A stretch of 64,000 bases of DNA from Lingula anatina (Eukaryota; Animalia; Brachiopoda): positions 18,228,001-18,292,000 of the forward strand of contig CM120640.1 of the NCBI GenBank assembly GCA_051362555.1, written 5' to 3'. Position numbers and translations under genes: made by a program. This document shows, in pieces, positions 1 to 12,652 of this stretch; position 1 is the first letter of the stretch; each line of letters starts with the position of its first letter. The notes under the pieces are model-generated. The model ran no database searches. It had not been told where the DNA came from and saw nothing but the letters and a program-made list of their open reading frames with translations.

Positions 1-1696
1 GCCGCTAATACATGAGAACCTGGCATTTCCGTAGTATTAGTCGAAGAAGGGACGCACATGGGTCGCAGTTTAGTGTGAAGGGGGGCCCCCCAAGTTGTCA
101 GGCCAAAGAGACCCATAAAATAGCGCATTCTTAACGAAAATTCTATACTTTTTCTCAGAAAAATATTGTTGATTAACAAGGTTTTACTCTGTACCAAAGT
201 TAAAAGCAGTTGACACTAGGATAGAAATTCATAAATTTTATTCTCAGTGGTTTCCAAATTGCAATTATTACGTAAAAAGATGCACGCACAAATTACTTTC
301 AAATATATATTTCCTTTCTAGATTTTCCTCTTTTCTTTCTTTAAATGAGGGGAAGAGCGTCTATGGATTTCAACATAAGAAATAAAGTAACTGTGTGTAT
401 ATAAATATAGCTGTGCACAAGTTACAATGCTAGAAAAGTAACAACTTGATAGTGATACAAACTTACATAATCTATGCAATATACACAGTTTAATAACAAT
501 TACACTGTGATTTTTCAAAAATAGAAGCATACCGATTTACTTCAGTTTTAAAGTGCCATGCTGTACAATATAGTTCAGTAAAATGGATCTCTCTGAAAAT
601 ACTCAACAGGTTACCTAACAATACCTTTCTTTGTTCAATATATGAAAAAGTTATTGACATTCTTTCTTTAACAATCTAAATATTTTGTCTAATACTCATA
701 ACACAACTCACTACTCATATGTACATATTAAGTAAACAATATCTTATATAAACAATGTAAGTAATAAAATCCTTTATGACAATCAGTTAAAAGCACAAAA
801 GTAATACTAAAACTGTGTAATAGTATTTTATTAATGGCAACTATGAGTGGTAGTGAAAGTAGTGTCCCAACCTTGACCTAAGTTGAAATAGAAAGAACAC
901 AAACTGCGATAAATGTCAACGACAAGCACCATACCAAAAGAAATACAGGACATTTTAAAATGATAATTCTTTTTCAAATGCCCTTTATTAAGTAGAAATG
1001 AGTACAAAAAAGAATCCCATTGGACGAATATTTGTAATGCTTGAAAGTCTGTAAGTACTTATTTAATAATAAAATTTAATAATTCTTCTTTTAATCTTCC
1101 TCAATATCATCCACTGTCTGGTTTCAACTTATCCTTCTTTATTTTTCCTAAAAAAAAAAAGAAGTGATTTTTTAAATCAAATAATTTTTCATATTTAGTT
1201 TTTAACTATACATGAAAACTTGTATGTGCTAAAAAGCTTTCACCATATCCGTTGAATATGTATTCCATGTATCAACTTACTGCAAGATCAAGATAGCAAA
1301 GAATTATCTCCATTTGGATTTGGTAAAACTACATTAATTTCATCAATGTGCTGAATAAAAACAAGTAATATGCAGAGTGGGATGAGGAGTGGCAGTATGC
1401 AAGATTCCTTATGTGCTGTGAAATATGATAGCACTGGTTTACTAAAAAAAAATTAAATGCTGTTCATTTCACCTCATTGAATGTTCCTTTTTTCTTTTAT
1501 TTTTTCCATTGTGATAGATTAACATTATGATTAACAGTGTCTTAGCTGTGTCTGTGTACTGATCATCATAACTACTGGGATGCTGTTAGTATATGATAAG
1601 AAACCATGCTGAGTGCTAAATCATTTTAAGATAAGATACATTCTCCAAGGTGTTGTAATGTGTTATAAAGTTGAAATACACACCTTTCAGGCCCTA

Positions 1697-4600
1697 TTAA
1701 TAACAAGGTTGTAAATTACAGTATCTCCTCTGTAGTTTTGGTCCACAGGGTCTACCTCCATTCTGGGGCTCGACAAGGACATGTTTTGACCTCTCCTGAA
1801 TGCTGTCATATCCACATGTCTTGGCACATGGCGTCCAGGGTCCCCAGCCTCCCAGCACGCAGTCTACACGCTCTGTGCTCTTACGAAACTCATTACTCGA
1901 CTCTGAAAATAAAACATTCAATACCTACAAGTAAATGATATTTGCAGTATTTCTTTCCGAATTGTCATATTCTGTGTGAATTATTCTAAACATTTAGTTG
2001 TGTTCCACAGTGTTTTCAATCTGTCACGTGATATCAATCTCTAAATAAATTTATTTCTTATTTCTTTACATAACTATTTTTATCTGTACCACTTTCCGAT
2101 AACTTTCAAAAAATTGACAGAATCAGGTTTTTTGTGAGCCTTTGACTGGTTTCATTAGGTGTTCGTAAGTATCTAACACCAATTTAATATTTCAACCTGT
2201 GACAAATTGTGAACTAATTATGAAGCTTACGTGTATTCTGTACAGGCTGTACTCTACTGGACTTCTCAGGATGACCAGTGTCTGTCTTATGGGTCCCTTT
2301 GCCTGAAACAAATACCAGAAGTGTTATGTATTTACAGACCTAAGGTACTAGATAGTGTAGCACTTAACACTGCACCCTGGCACATTGATATGTAACATGT
2401 TATAAGGTCAATAAAGTCAGTTCCAACAAACACATGAACTGGTGTGTTTGTCAGAAAAGAGTCAGTCCAGAAACAAAGAAGCTGGTTATATAAACAGCTG
2501 TATTCATTTTATAAATAATAGAAAAATAATATCTGCATCTACATTGCTTTACCCAAATCACTATCAAATACTTCAATTTAAATGTCAGTGAGAGTTCACA
2601 TTAAACAATTTAACATGATATTTCAACTTTTCAACAACTGTCAATGACCGAATAAAGTTTTGCTGTTTTTCATTAATCAAGTATACTATTAATACTCACT
2701 ACATTTCCTATGTTTGCACTTTTTCCTCTGTCGCATCTTCTTGGGACATTTTTTCCCACCATTTTCAGGCTGAACCTTGATCATCCGATAGCGTGTCACT
2801 CGCCCGCGGCCACATGTGACAGAGCATGGTGACCACTCAGTCCACTGTGTCACCATGCAGTCGATTTTATCAGTTTCTGATTTCTCATTTTCTTCTGTTG
2901 TCTGCTGCATCATTTTCTTTTTAGCCATCATGGCTGCCTGGATCTCTTCATCACTTCCTCCACCATGCTGCTGCCCCTGCATCATTTTCAGCTTTTCCAT
3001 CATGGCAACTGTAACAGACAGAACTAATTATCTGGCAGTGAACCAGTGACAAAGGTCAATGATGTGGATCAAAGCAAACATCTTTCATTCAATTTACTGT
3101 TATCACTTAGTGTTTTAATAAGCTATAATTCAATGATGTTAATATAATGTGAATCTCTTCAAATGAGCAAATAAAATACTTCAATAAAATCTCAAAACTA
3201 ACCTAACTGAATCTAAACTTTACAAAAAGCAACAATTCTTTATTATCAGGAGCTGCCTCCTAATTTTAGCTACAAGTGAGTCATCAGTAAAAAAATAAAT
3301 GAAACCTGAAACAAAAATAATTTCTTTGTAACGTGCAAAACATAAAGCCAGTTTAAGAGTCAGCAGATCACAAATAACATTACACAAAGCAGAGACACTG
3401 GTAAGATGTTATATTATGCACACTGCAGAGACAAAGAACCACGGAATGTTCTAACTGAAGTAAGAGCATGACAATCTTTCATATTGTTACAATAAGCAGA
3501 AACATAGCAAAAAGCATAGTATTATTATTATTATTATTTTTGCATTTACTGTCCACATACACCCTTATGCCAAAGAACTTAAAAAAGTTTTCACCAACTT
3601 TAAAAACTGTAATAAGCATGGTTGAAAGCCACATTTTAACTGTTCTCCCCGTCTCCTTAGTTTCCATGCTAGCTTCCCCTCTCCCCCACGCCAAAGAAAA
3701 ATAAACTCAGCAGCATATGCGAAATTGCATAGCATTACAACTACATATTAAATCATTCTGTTGCACATTTCAAGTAGCCCCAGCCTAGCACTTACTTCTG
3801 TTATGCGTTTGACTAAACAACATTCTACCTCTGGCCATGCAAATTTCATTAATCACAGTCTAACACAATGACTTTGCCATGACAGTAACAATGAATACTA
3901 TACATCTCTACTATGTGTGTACGTGTATGTGTGCGCATGCACAAGTATGTGTGTATAATTACATAAACAGCAACATGAGACCACTGTCCAGTCTTGATAA
4001 CTGACCTTTGTCAGCCATAGCAGACACACATCTCTCCTCGCACTCCGGCTGTGAGAAGAACCTGTTATTATTCCCTCCACACCCACCAAACTTAAACGGC
4101 AGGCACTTCCCCATTGGGAAGCTGTAATACCACCGTGGGAAGTCCCCGTAACAGGGACCCACATCAGGAAGGTCCAGACACACTTCTGAAATGGGAGGCA
4201 CACTCAGGGGGCTATAAGGTTGTGAAGGGGAGTGGTACCTCAGCAGTCTGGGCATGGATAGTAACGTTGGACCTTACAGAAATACTTTACATAGGCTGCA
4301 CTTTACAGAAAACAATTGATTTTTTAAAAATATCTTGTAAATTAATATCCATTTATGAAGCTTTACATGATCCATATTACTGAGGTACCACTTATGAACA
4401 TGACATATAATACAAGACAATGTGCAGAAGTTTATAAAAATGCAGTTTGAAATAGTATAGAAGTGATGACAATTAGTTATACAGGATAACAAGTAAGAAG
4501 TGGAACACTTCTATAAAGACTAAAAAACATTAACATCTTTGACATATACCTTCACCGAGAGGACTTTTTTAAGATAATGAAAACAAGACAACATGTAACA

Positions 4601-7600
4601 TTACACTGTCACTCTGCTTTTTCCAGCATCCAATGCAGTGTTAGACCTTACTTAGTAAAGGAAATTAATTTACCTGGAAATAACAATGATTTTCCCTTCA
4701 TCACCAAGGTACATCCTATCCAAAACATGCAATTACAAAAGTTTAAATTTCTATTTTTAATGTTATATGTGAAGTTCACCAAGCTACTTCTCCATTACTC
4801 AACAATGAGTTTATAAACTGAAACCCTGTCAATAGTTTTTTGATATGGTATGCCTTGGTGTTGAAATTTCCAGGAAAAGTAACTTCTTGCTTCATAAAGG
4901 CCTGCCACGCATTACAGGGTTTTATAAGCACTTCACTGTTACCTTCAGTGGTAGGACCTCTCCTGTCAGAATCTGATGAAGTATTCTGGAGTCCAAACTG
5001 CATCATGAGTTTTTTAGCCATCAAGATTGCTGTAAATGGCAAAAGCCTTTTATAATGCTGCATTTGTCAATACCACATTTAAGGACACTCAATTCATGAA
5101 AACAACCATGATAATTTTTCAAGTGAAATACCGAACTTTCTAGTGAAAAATCCAATATTCTGAGAAAGATTTAAAACAGTTCATATACCTATCATAAAAA
5201 GGATTTATCATCTGAAATTTTTGCTAAATAAGCTGCAATATATTCAAAATAAAGCTAACAGGAAACATTTAACTGTTTCATTACCATTTGCTTGCATCAC
5301 TGTCGAACATTTCTGGTTGCATTCAGCCTCTGTCTCAAAATTATTTTTGTTTCCACGGCAACCCCCATAGACAAAAGGTAGACACTTCTGCATGTCCTTA
5401 TCAAAGTACCATCTCCTAAAACTCCCTTTGCATCTGCCTGCTTCGTAGGGCTTTTGACATATGTCTGTGTGAATTGGAGAAAATTATACAATCTTTTAAG
5501 TTCTTTTTTCCAATGCAGAATGGAAAAGATCTAGACTGTTACATAAACTACGATTTTGGTTAAAAGTTAAACAAAAGGTTATGTAAGTAAACATTACAAC
5601 TTGCTTCAACTTTAAGTATGATTTTTAACAAATATTCAAGATGATGGGGCAATGACACAATGATTTCATTTGCAAGAAGATTATGAAAATTTTAAATTCT
5701 AGAGAGAGAAAGCCTTAATTACTGGATGCCTGAATTAAAATTGAAGTCAATAATTTCAATCCAAGCATTTCATTCAAAACCTTTTTTTCTACCTGCATAA
5801 TCCAGCATGGCCTCAGCTTTCCTACAGTCCATAATCTCAGTCATACACATCTCACTCTCTGTCATGTCCTTGGAACATCTCCGCACCATCTCTGGCTTGA
5901 GATACATGCGTGTTCTCTCCCTGACCCCCTTACCACAGGTGACACTACAGGGGGACCACTGGGACCAATTCGTGGTAGCACACTTGTCATTTTTATTACA
6001 GATGTTCTCAAAGCCCAGGCACTCTTCCTTGTCCATCAGTTCATCCTGACATTCAGCCGGAGTCACGTCCTTGAGATATTTGCGGAAGCGTACACGCATG
6101 CCAATGCCGCAAGTGACGCTGCATTTTGACCAGTCTTCCCATTCTGACAGTGGACACTTTTCCATCATGGCTGTAATACAATCAATTATAATTCCCAATT
6201 ATACTGATTATCTCCAAATTAAGTTCTTAATAGTTTTTTCCAATTTCAGTACACATTTAAATTGATGTTTTGATATACTCTATTACTTAAATAATATTGT
6301 GAGAAACGCCATTTTATTGAGTTAAATTTAGCCATCAGTTTTGACGTCCCATCTTTTCACAATCTTTTTTCACATGAGTTTACAATGCATTTTTAAGCAA
6401 AATGCCTTTATGCAAAAGAGCATCACACAACAAGAGTTCTTACTTTATCTATAGTACAAACAGTGGTAATATTTGGTTGATAAGGGTAAAGGATAGTGCT
6501 CTAAAGTACATCCTTCTAGCAACTGTGATGGGGGGGGGAGGGAGGGGGAAATCTAAATCTAATTTGAAAGACCAGTGTCGAACAAGGTATGAAAAAATCT
6601 ATTTCAAGAGATTACTAAGAGCCATAAATTCAATAGTACTTCACAGTCTCATATATACAGAAAGGTAAGGTATTTTCAGTTTCAAGTATATACTCCCAAG
6701 TATGTTCATGTGAAGTCACAACTACAACATTAAAGGACGAGTGCACCCAAGAGGACACCACACAACAGGACAATAGCCCCATCCAGACATCCTACCTGCA
6801 TACCCATATCCACAGGTATATGCAGCTTGCAAGCCAAGCAACAAACATAGCAGCATATATAAACATGCACAAATAAATTCATCAAAATTGTAAGCACATC
6901 TGAACCTATTAGCATATTTTAACTATTGTAAATGATTTTTCAACATTTTAGTACATATCCACTTTATGTCACTTCAAAACATAAAACATGCAACTTTAAA
7001 TAACCAACTATTTCAGGCCTGCTTTTACCTTTTTTCATAATCATCTGCTTCTGTTCTTCATCTGATAAAACCCTGTCTCTGTCCTTGTTCTTATTTCTTT
7101 GGTGTTTTCTGTGCTTTTTCTCCACTCTTCTATCAAGGAAGCCAATCCCTGGATCTTCATCTGCATAAGAAAGTAAAAACTAGAAATGACATTTTTTTAT
7201 CTTGGCAGTTAAAACATGTTAACATAAATCAAACTTTAAAATTCCAATTACTAATGCTATCCAGTTGAATGTGAAAGCTGTGTCAAAAATGTGCTTTCTG
7301 GTATAATATAAATTTACGATCAGCGATTTAACTTTTCCAACTTAAAGCTTTATGTGGTGAGTGTTTGAGGGCATGCCTACAAGGCAGTAAGTTAACAGTC
7401 TCAAAGATCTCAAAGTTTTATTCTCTATAATTTAGATGTAATACAGTAATAAGATAAGTAATGTGTAACCCTAAATATGTTGACTTTATGTACCATATTA
7501 CCACAAAATCTTGATCAGTGGTATAATTTACTTTTCTTATCACTTGAATTACTCTTCTGATTGCCTTGTCAAGGTAAAATTGACCTTGTGTTGGCATACA

Positions 7601-10600
7601 TTAAAGCAGCCTTTATTGGCCAAGTATCAATCGTGTTTGCCATTTATCTAAATAATATCTTGTATTATTCAGGGGCGGATGAAAGCTGTCTTCTAGGACT
7701 TCCAGGAGGCTGTCCGAAGTTTACATTGACAGGCATCTAATACTTTCTGTCAGGAGATGGTCAAAAATGTAGGATGCATCAACAAAGATAATTTGGAAGA
7801 CCGTCAGAAAGTATCTCTGGATCTGCCCCTGTTATTCAGGATGGAGGATACATAAAAGTTATGTTGTATCAGAAAGGACAAAATGCTGAAGTGTGAGAGT
7901 CACAGTTACATACCACCCTCATCACTGGTGCACTGTCCCGGGGCAGCTGCTGGGGTGAGGCGTTTGATGTGTAACTGTGCCAGAGGTTTGATGGGATACA
8001 GGCCATAGAAAGGAGACTTGATGTTGTCTGGGTAGGTGTTGGTCAGTCTATGGATCTTCTCTTGAGGATGAGTCTTCATGTTGGGAGACTGAAACAGGTT
8101 GTGTAGTGCATAATGCCACAGTGAAAACACTGTATTTTTGCATCTACATATTTGTATTTAAATATTTTTGTGTATTTTTAATTTTTTTCAAATTGCCAGA
8201 TAAAAATAAGTCTTTCATGCACTTTGATGTTTTTTTCTTAGGCCACTATGCAGTGAATCTATCATCAAGAAAGCAATATTGTAACAGTACTTCTGATATG
8301 TTATTCACATAACCAAATTCAGCAGAATGCCATTCAAATGTTTTAAAAGTCCGACTTCTCTTACATCATTGTACAGTGACATACGAAAAAATAAGGGAGC
8401 AGTGCTATCACGAAAACATCCAGCTCATGCCTCAGCTTCCATTACTTACAGCATAGGTGATCCCGCTGTCAGTGCCTGCATCCCATGGATACAAGTCAAT
8501 GGTCTGGTCCCCTGCCCAGGTACAGTTAGGGAGGCACAAACTCAGACTGGGAACACCTGAAATAGTGGATTCAAGACAGGGGGTTTCATTTGTTATAGAC
8601 AGACATCCAGGATTTATGGCATCAAAGGATGGTATCATAGCTTATCAAAACCTACCAGTACATTATCAATAATAACAAGCACTTATAAAATCATCAATGT
8701 GAACAGAAAATGTAAGCAGATATGATCCTGCACTTAAAATACACTTTCATGACACATCAATAAAAACTTTTTTCTAAACATTTTTGGGGGTCAAGATAAA
8801 TAGCATATATTAAATTCACTATTGACTGAATAAGAAGTTTGGCTACGAAAATAAAAGTCATTTATTTTACCTAACCTCTATGCAATTTGACTGAAGATTT
8901 TGATTGTTCAAAAGTCTTAAGTATGATATAAAATTTCTGAATGAAACACTGCTCATCTTTAGACAGGAATAACTGAAAGCTTCAATTATTCATGGTTGCA
9001 TGTCTACTACTGCCATATATCTACAGCTCTAGGCTGCAAATGAGTGAAATAGTTCTCTCTCTCTCTCTCTCTCTCTCTTCATTTGTAAAGAACTTGATAC
9101 TGGAGAAAATTACATAACATGACATTCTGTAGACTTACATATTCCATAGAGGCCAGTAATAATCAATGATGTGAGACAGATTTTGTGTGAACAAATCCCA
9201 CATAATGGTTCATAGTGTATACTTCTGCTCAAGCAGATTACAGTATGGTTGACTGGATTACTTTTGTCCACAACTGATTACAAAATCATATGACTATGGG
9301 AGCTTCAATCCCTGGATACAAATGTGTTATTAAGGATGAACCCTTGTTCATAATATAGATCCAACGTTACACATGACCTCCTATAACACGTCCCTCAGGA
9401 TTCCAACCATAACTGAGAATAAAAGCAAGAATTTTCCATAATGTAACTAAGGACACAACTCCATACAACCCATAATTGGCAAGCCAGGCTCTATCTAACC
9501 AGCTATCAGGTTTCAGTTGTCAACAAAGAGGAAAGCAATCAATATCCCACTTCATAAAATGAAAACAAATTTACTACACAATTTGGTGTATGTTTCTTAA
9601 TTGTAAACCATTCACAGCCTTACCTACACACCAGTCTGGACTGGGTCCAAACATGGTCAGTACTGACATTAAATGGTGCTTCTTACTGACACTGAAATGA
9701 GCTGAGACAGGCTTCATCAAGTTACTCATTCCCCATAATCCATGGGTACTGATCACTGTGCGAATAGCTGAACTCTGAGAAATAAAATAAAATTGATTGT
9801 AAAGCTGAAGACAGGTTTTGACACCAAAAGTGATTTGTAACATAATTGATTCATTTATCTATTATTAGATTACCAACATATACTTTTCATTATATTATTT
9901 GTCCAGAATTTTATTTAAAAAATTTAATGTGGCCATACAATGTGCATGCTTTGATCAAATAAGCAAATTTGTAACAATTAAAGAATGTTGTTTTTTTTTT
10001 ATTGTCTGTCTTGTTCAAACAACAAATAGGGGTACATGTAGGAGATGCTGGAATAAAAGTGGCTAATGTAAAGTGTCAATTTATTCTTTCACTCTAACAT
10101 ATTGCATGCCATAAAAAAAACATAAGGTCACTTCCATTCACCATTAAATGCTTCTACGTCAATGTCTGCTAGCAGGAACCCAATTAAAATGCACTGGCTC
10201 TGTTCTTAAATGTCTCTAGAGCCATCAAACTGTCACTTAATCTCAGCAATCTTCTTGTAACATCAACTTACATGCTGCTTGAATTGTGTCTCTAGTTTTC
10301 CTGGTGAGCCATATTCACAGACCCATCTCACTGCTTCTGAGGCGTAATCTCCAAACTGCCAGATTTTGTAGCTGGGCCCATGGGTTGCCCCAATCAGATT
10401 AGACCAGTGGATGAGGTTGGCAATGTGACCTTTTCAAAAGAAAGGTTCAGAAGGATGACTTTTTCCATAAATTTAAATTTTGTGACAAAACCATATAACA
10501 AACCATATTCTAAAAGTGAAAATCTATCATGCATTTATTAAAGCTTTATTTTTAATGCAACAAGATCAAATAAAAAAAAAGCAAATACATGTTCTTTTAT

Positions 10601-12599
10601 ATTTTCTTTTTAATTTTGGTTTTCTCCATTAAATCCTATATTCTACATGTTCATCATTTAACAAATAAACACCTTTCCTCAGTATCTTAATGCTTGGTGT
10701 TTGGTATAAGCAGATACTTCTTAAATTTAGTAACAATTAAGTCAACACCTGTCTCTCTATCTGACAGGTGTTCAATCTCTTGGTTTCGCCAAGAAATTCA
10801 GACTCATTGACCATTTCACCTTGCATGACACAGACTAAAACCAAACCAGACAGGTGTGAAAGTGGTAATTACCTGTTGGGAAATCTTTTGGATGTCTCTG
10901 TCTAGTCCAGTTTCCTTGAAAGGTCATCCTGTATTTGGCCGTCCCACAGGCACAGCATTCACCATTATCAGGCCATTTCTCACTTTTAGATCTTGAAGAA
11001 CCTGGATTGTATTTCAAAAATAGCCTTCAGTGAACTTTAAATTAAATTCATTCATCTCAACATCATATTTTTTCTTTTTTTCTATATCTGAAATTCTGTA
11101 AGACAACCCTTGTTCATGTATAAATAGGTGAAGGGAAGTTTTCTAAAACTGGTAGTTCCACATAGTGAATATTTTCTTTCATTTCAGACTGCCTGCCAGA
11201 GAAAAGTTAGTGATAGATTTACATAGACAAAGTGTTGTGTATATACATGGCTATAAGCAAAAAGAGGGGATAATATTCTGCAAGTTGACAGAACTGCCTA
11301 GAAACCCAATATGTTTACAACCATTTAGTCTATTTCTGTTTCTGGAAAAGATTGTTTCTGTCAGCTTGATGGTTTTGAGTACAGCAAGAATAACATGGGG
11401 AGTGTGTTAAGCTAATATGGTGGAAAACAAGCTACAAGTTCATCAAATTCCAAGGATATTAGGTAACAAAGGGCCTGGTGTTCTTGCCGGGAAGAACACA
11501 AGAATTGTGGTCAAATTCACATGTACTACAGCATGCCTCCATGTGCAAAAACAAAGGAGAGTCATTTGAGAATACAAAGAGAAAACAAAGTTATCAAAAT
11601 ACATGTACCTCTAAATAAACTGCAGATACAGCTCTTTAAGTTCTGTACCCATGCATGTTCATGTTGCATGTTTTTAGTTGTTTTAACTAATACTTTCAAA
11701 TAAATTATTCCTTGTAACATTATATTAAATGGCATTTTAATCAAGCAAAATGAAAAAGGCACCAATGGTCTTTGTTTCACAAATATTAGGCATAAGATTA
11801 CAAAAGATGTGAACAAGGGCAATCTTTGGGCAAGACTACATCTCTCCTCAGGCCCATGGTTTGTCTTATGGGTAAGGGGGTACAATTCATACCGGATAGT
11901 CAGAGGGTTTGAATGAACTGTCCTTTTTGCCAGGTTAAGGTCCCCACAGAATTAAAAATTGATTCTAGGCTCTATGCCAACATACATGTAGATTTCACAG
12001 TAAAATGTCCACATTTAAATTTTTCAGAAAAAAATGATTTGAATAGCTGTAACGTTTCACAGTGAATTTTCTTCTTTACATGCTCAGCACCTCCATGGAA
12101 GGTTTTTTGGAATTTAAGCAACAAACTGACAGTGTCTAAGTCAGTGATGTTCAATTGCTGAATGCCAAAGAAGTACCAAGTAACTGCAGCTGACTTTTGT
12201 TATTTTGTTCCGGACTGTTTAAAATGCACAAGACGTTTTCTCTGTCTAGCGTACACTTTTGCCGTCCCCTTAGTCAAGATTTAGATCCCCAGAGAAATCA
12301 AATTCTAGTAGCTAAGCTTAAATTGCATTAATAACAATTTGCATGATCAATCAAAATAATTGCTATGATTAAGTTCCTTCTGATTTCAAATGACTTTTTT
12401 TCTCTCTGTTAAATATGTACACATATTACATCTCATGATTTAATGAGGAAAAAAGCTGAGCTACATCCTATTAAGATAATTAAACAAGACAATGCTCATA
12501 ATTACATAATAGCTTTGACAAGAAAAAAATATTAGTTAGTTAGTTTACAGGATTTCAAGCTGGACCTCATTGTCAGTTTCAACATAATAATATGTCCTT

Positions 12600-12652
<53 letters not shown>

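Noticed and set aside
12602-12650. Retroposon poly(A) tail
   Set aside because: No TSD or recognisable SINE/LINE body next to it.
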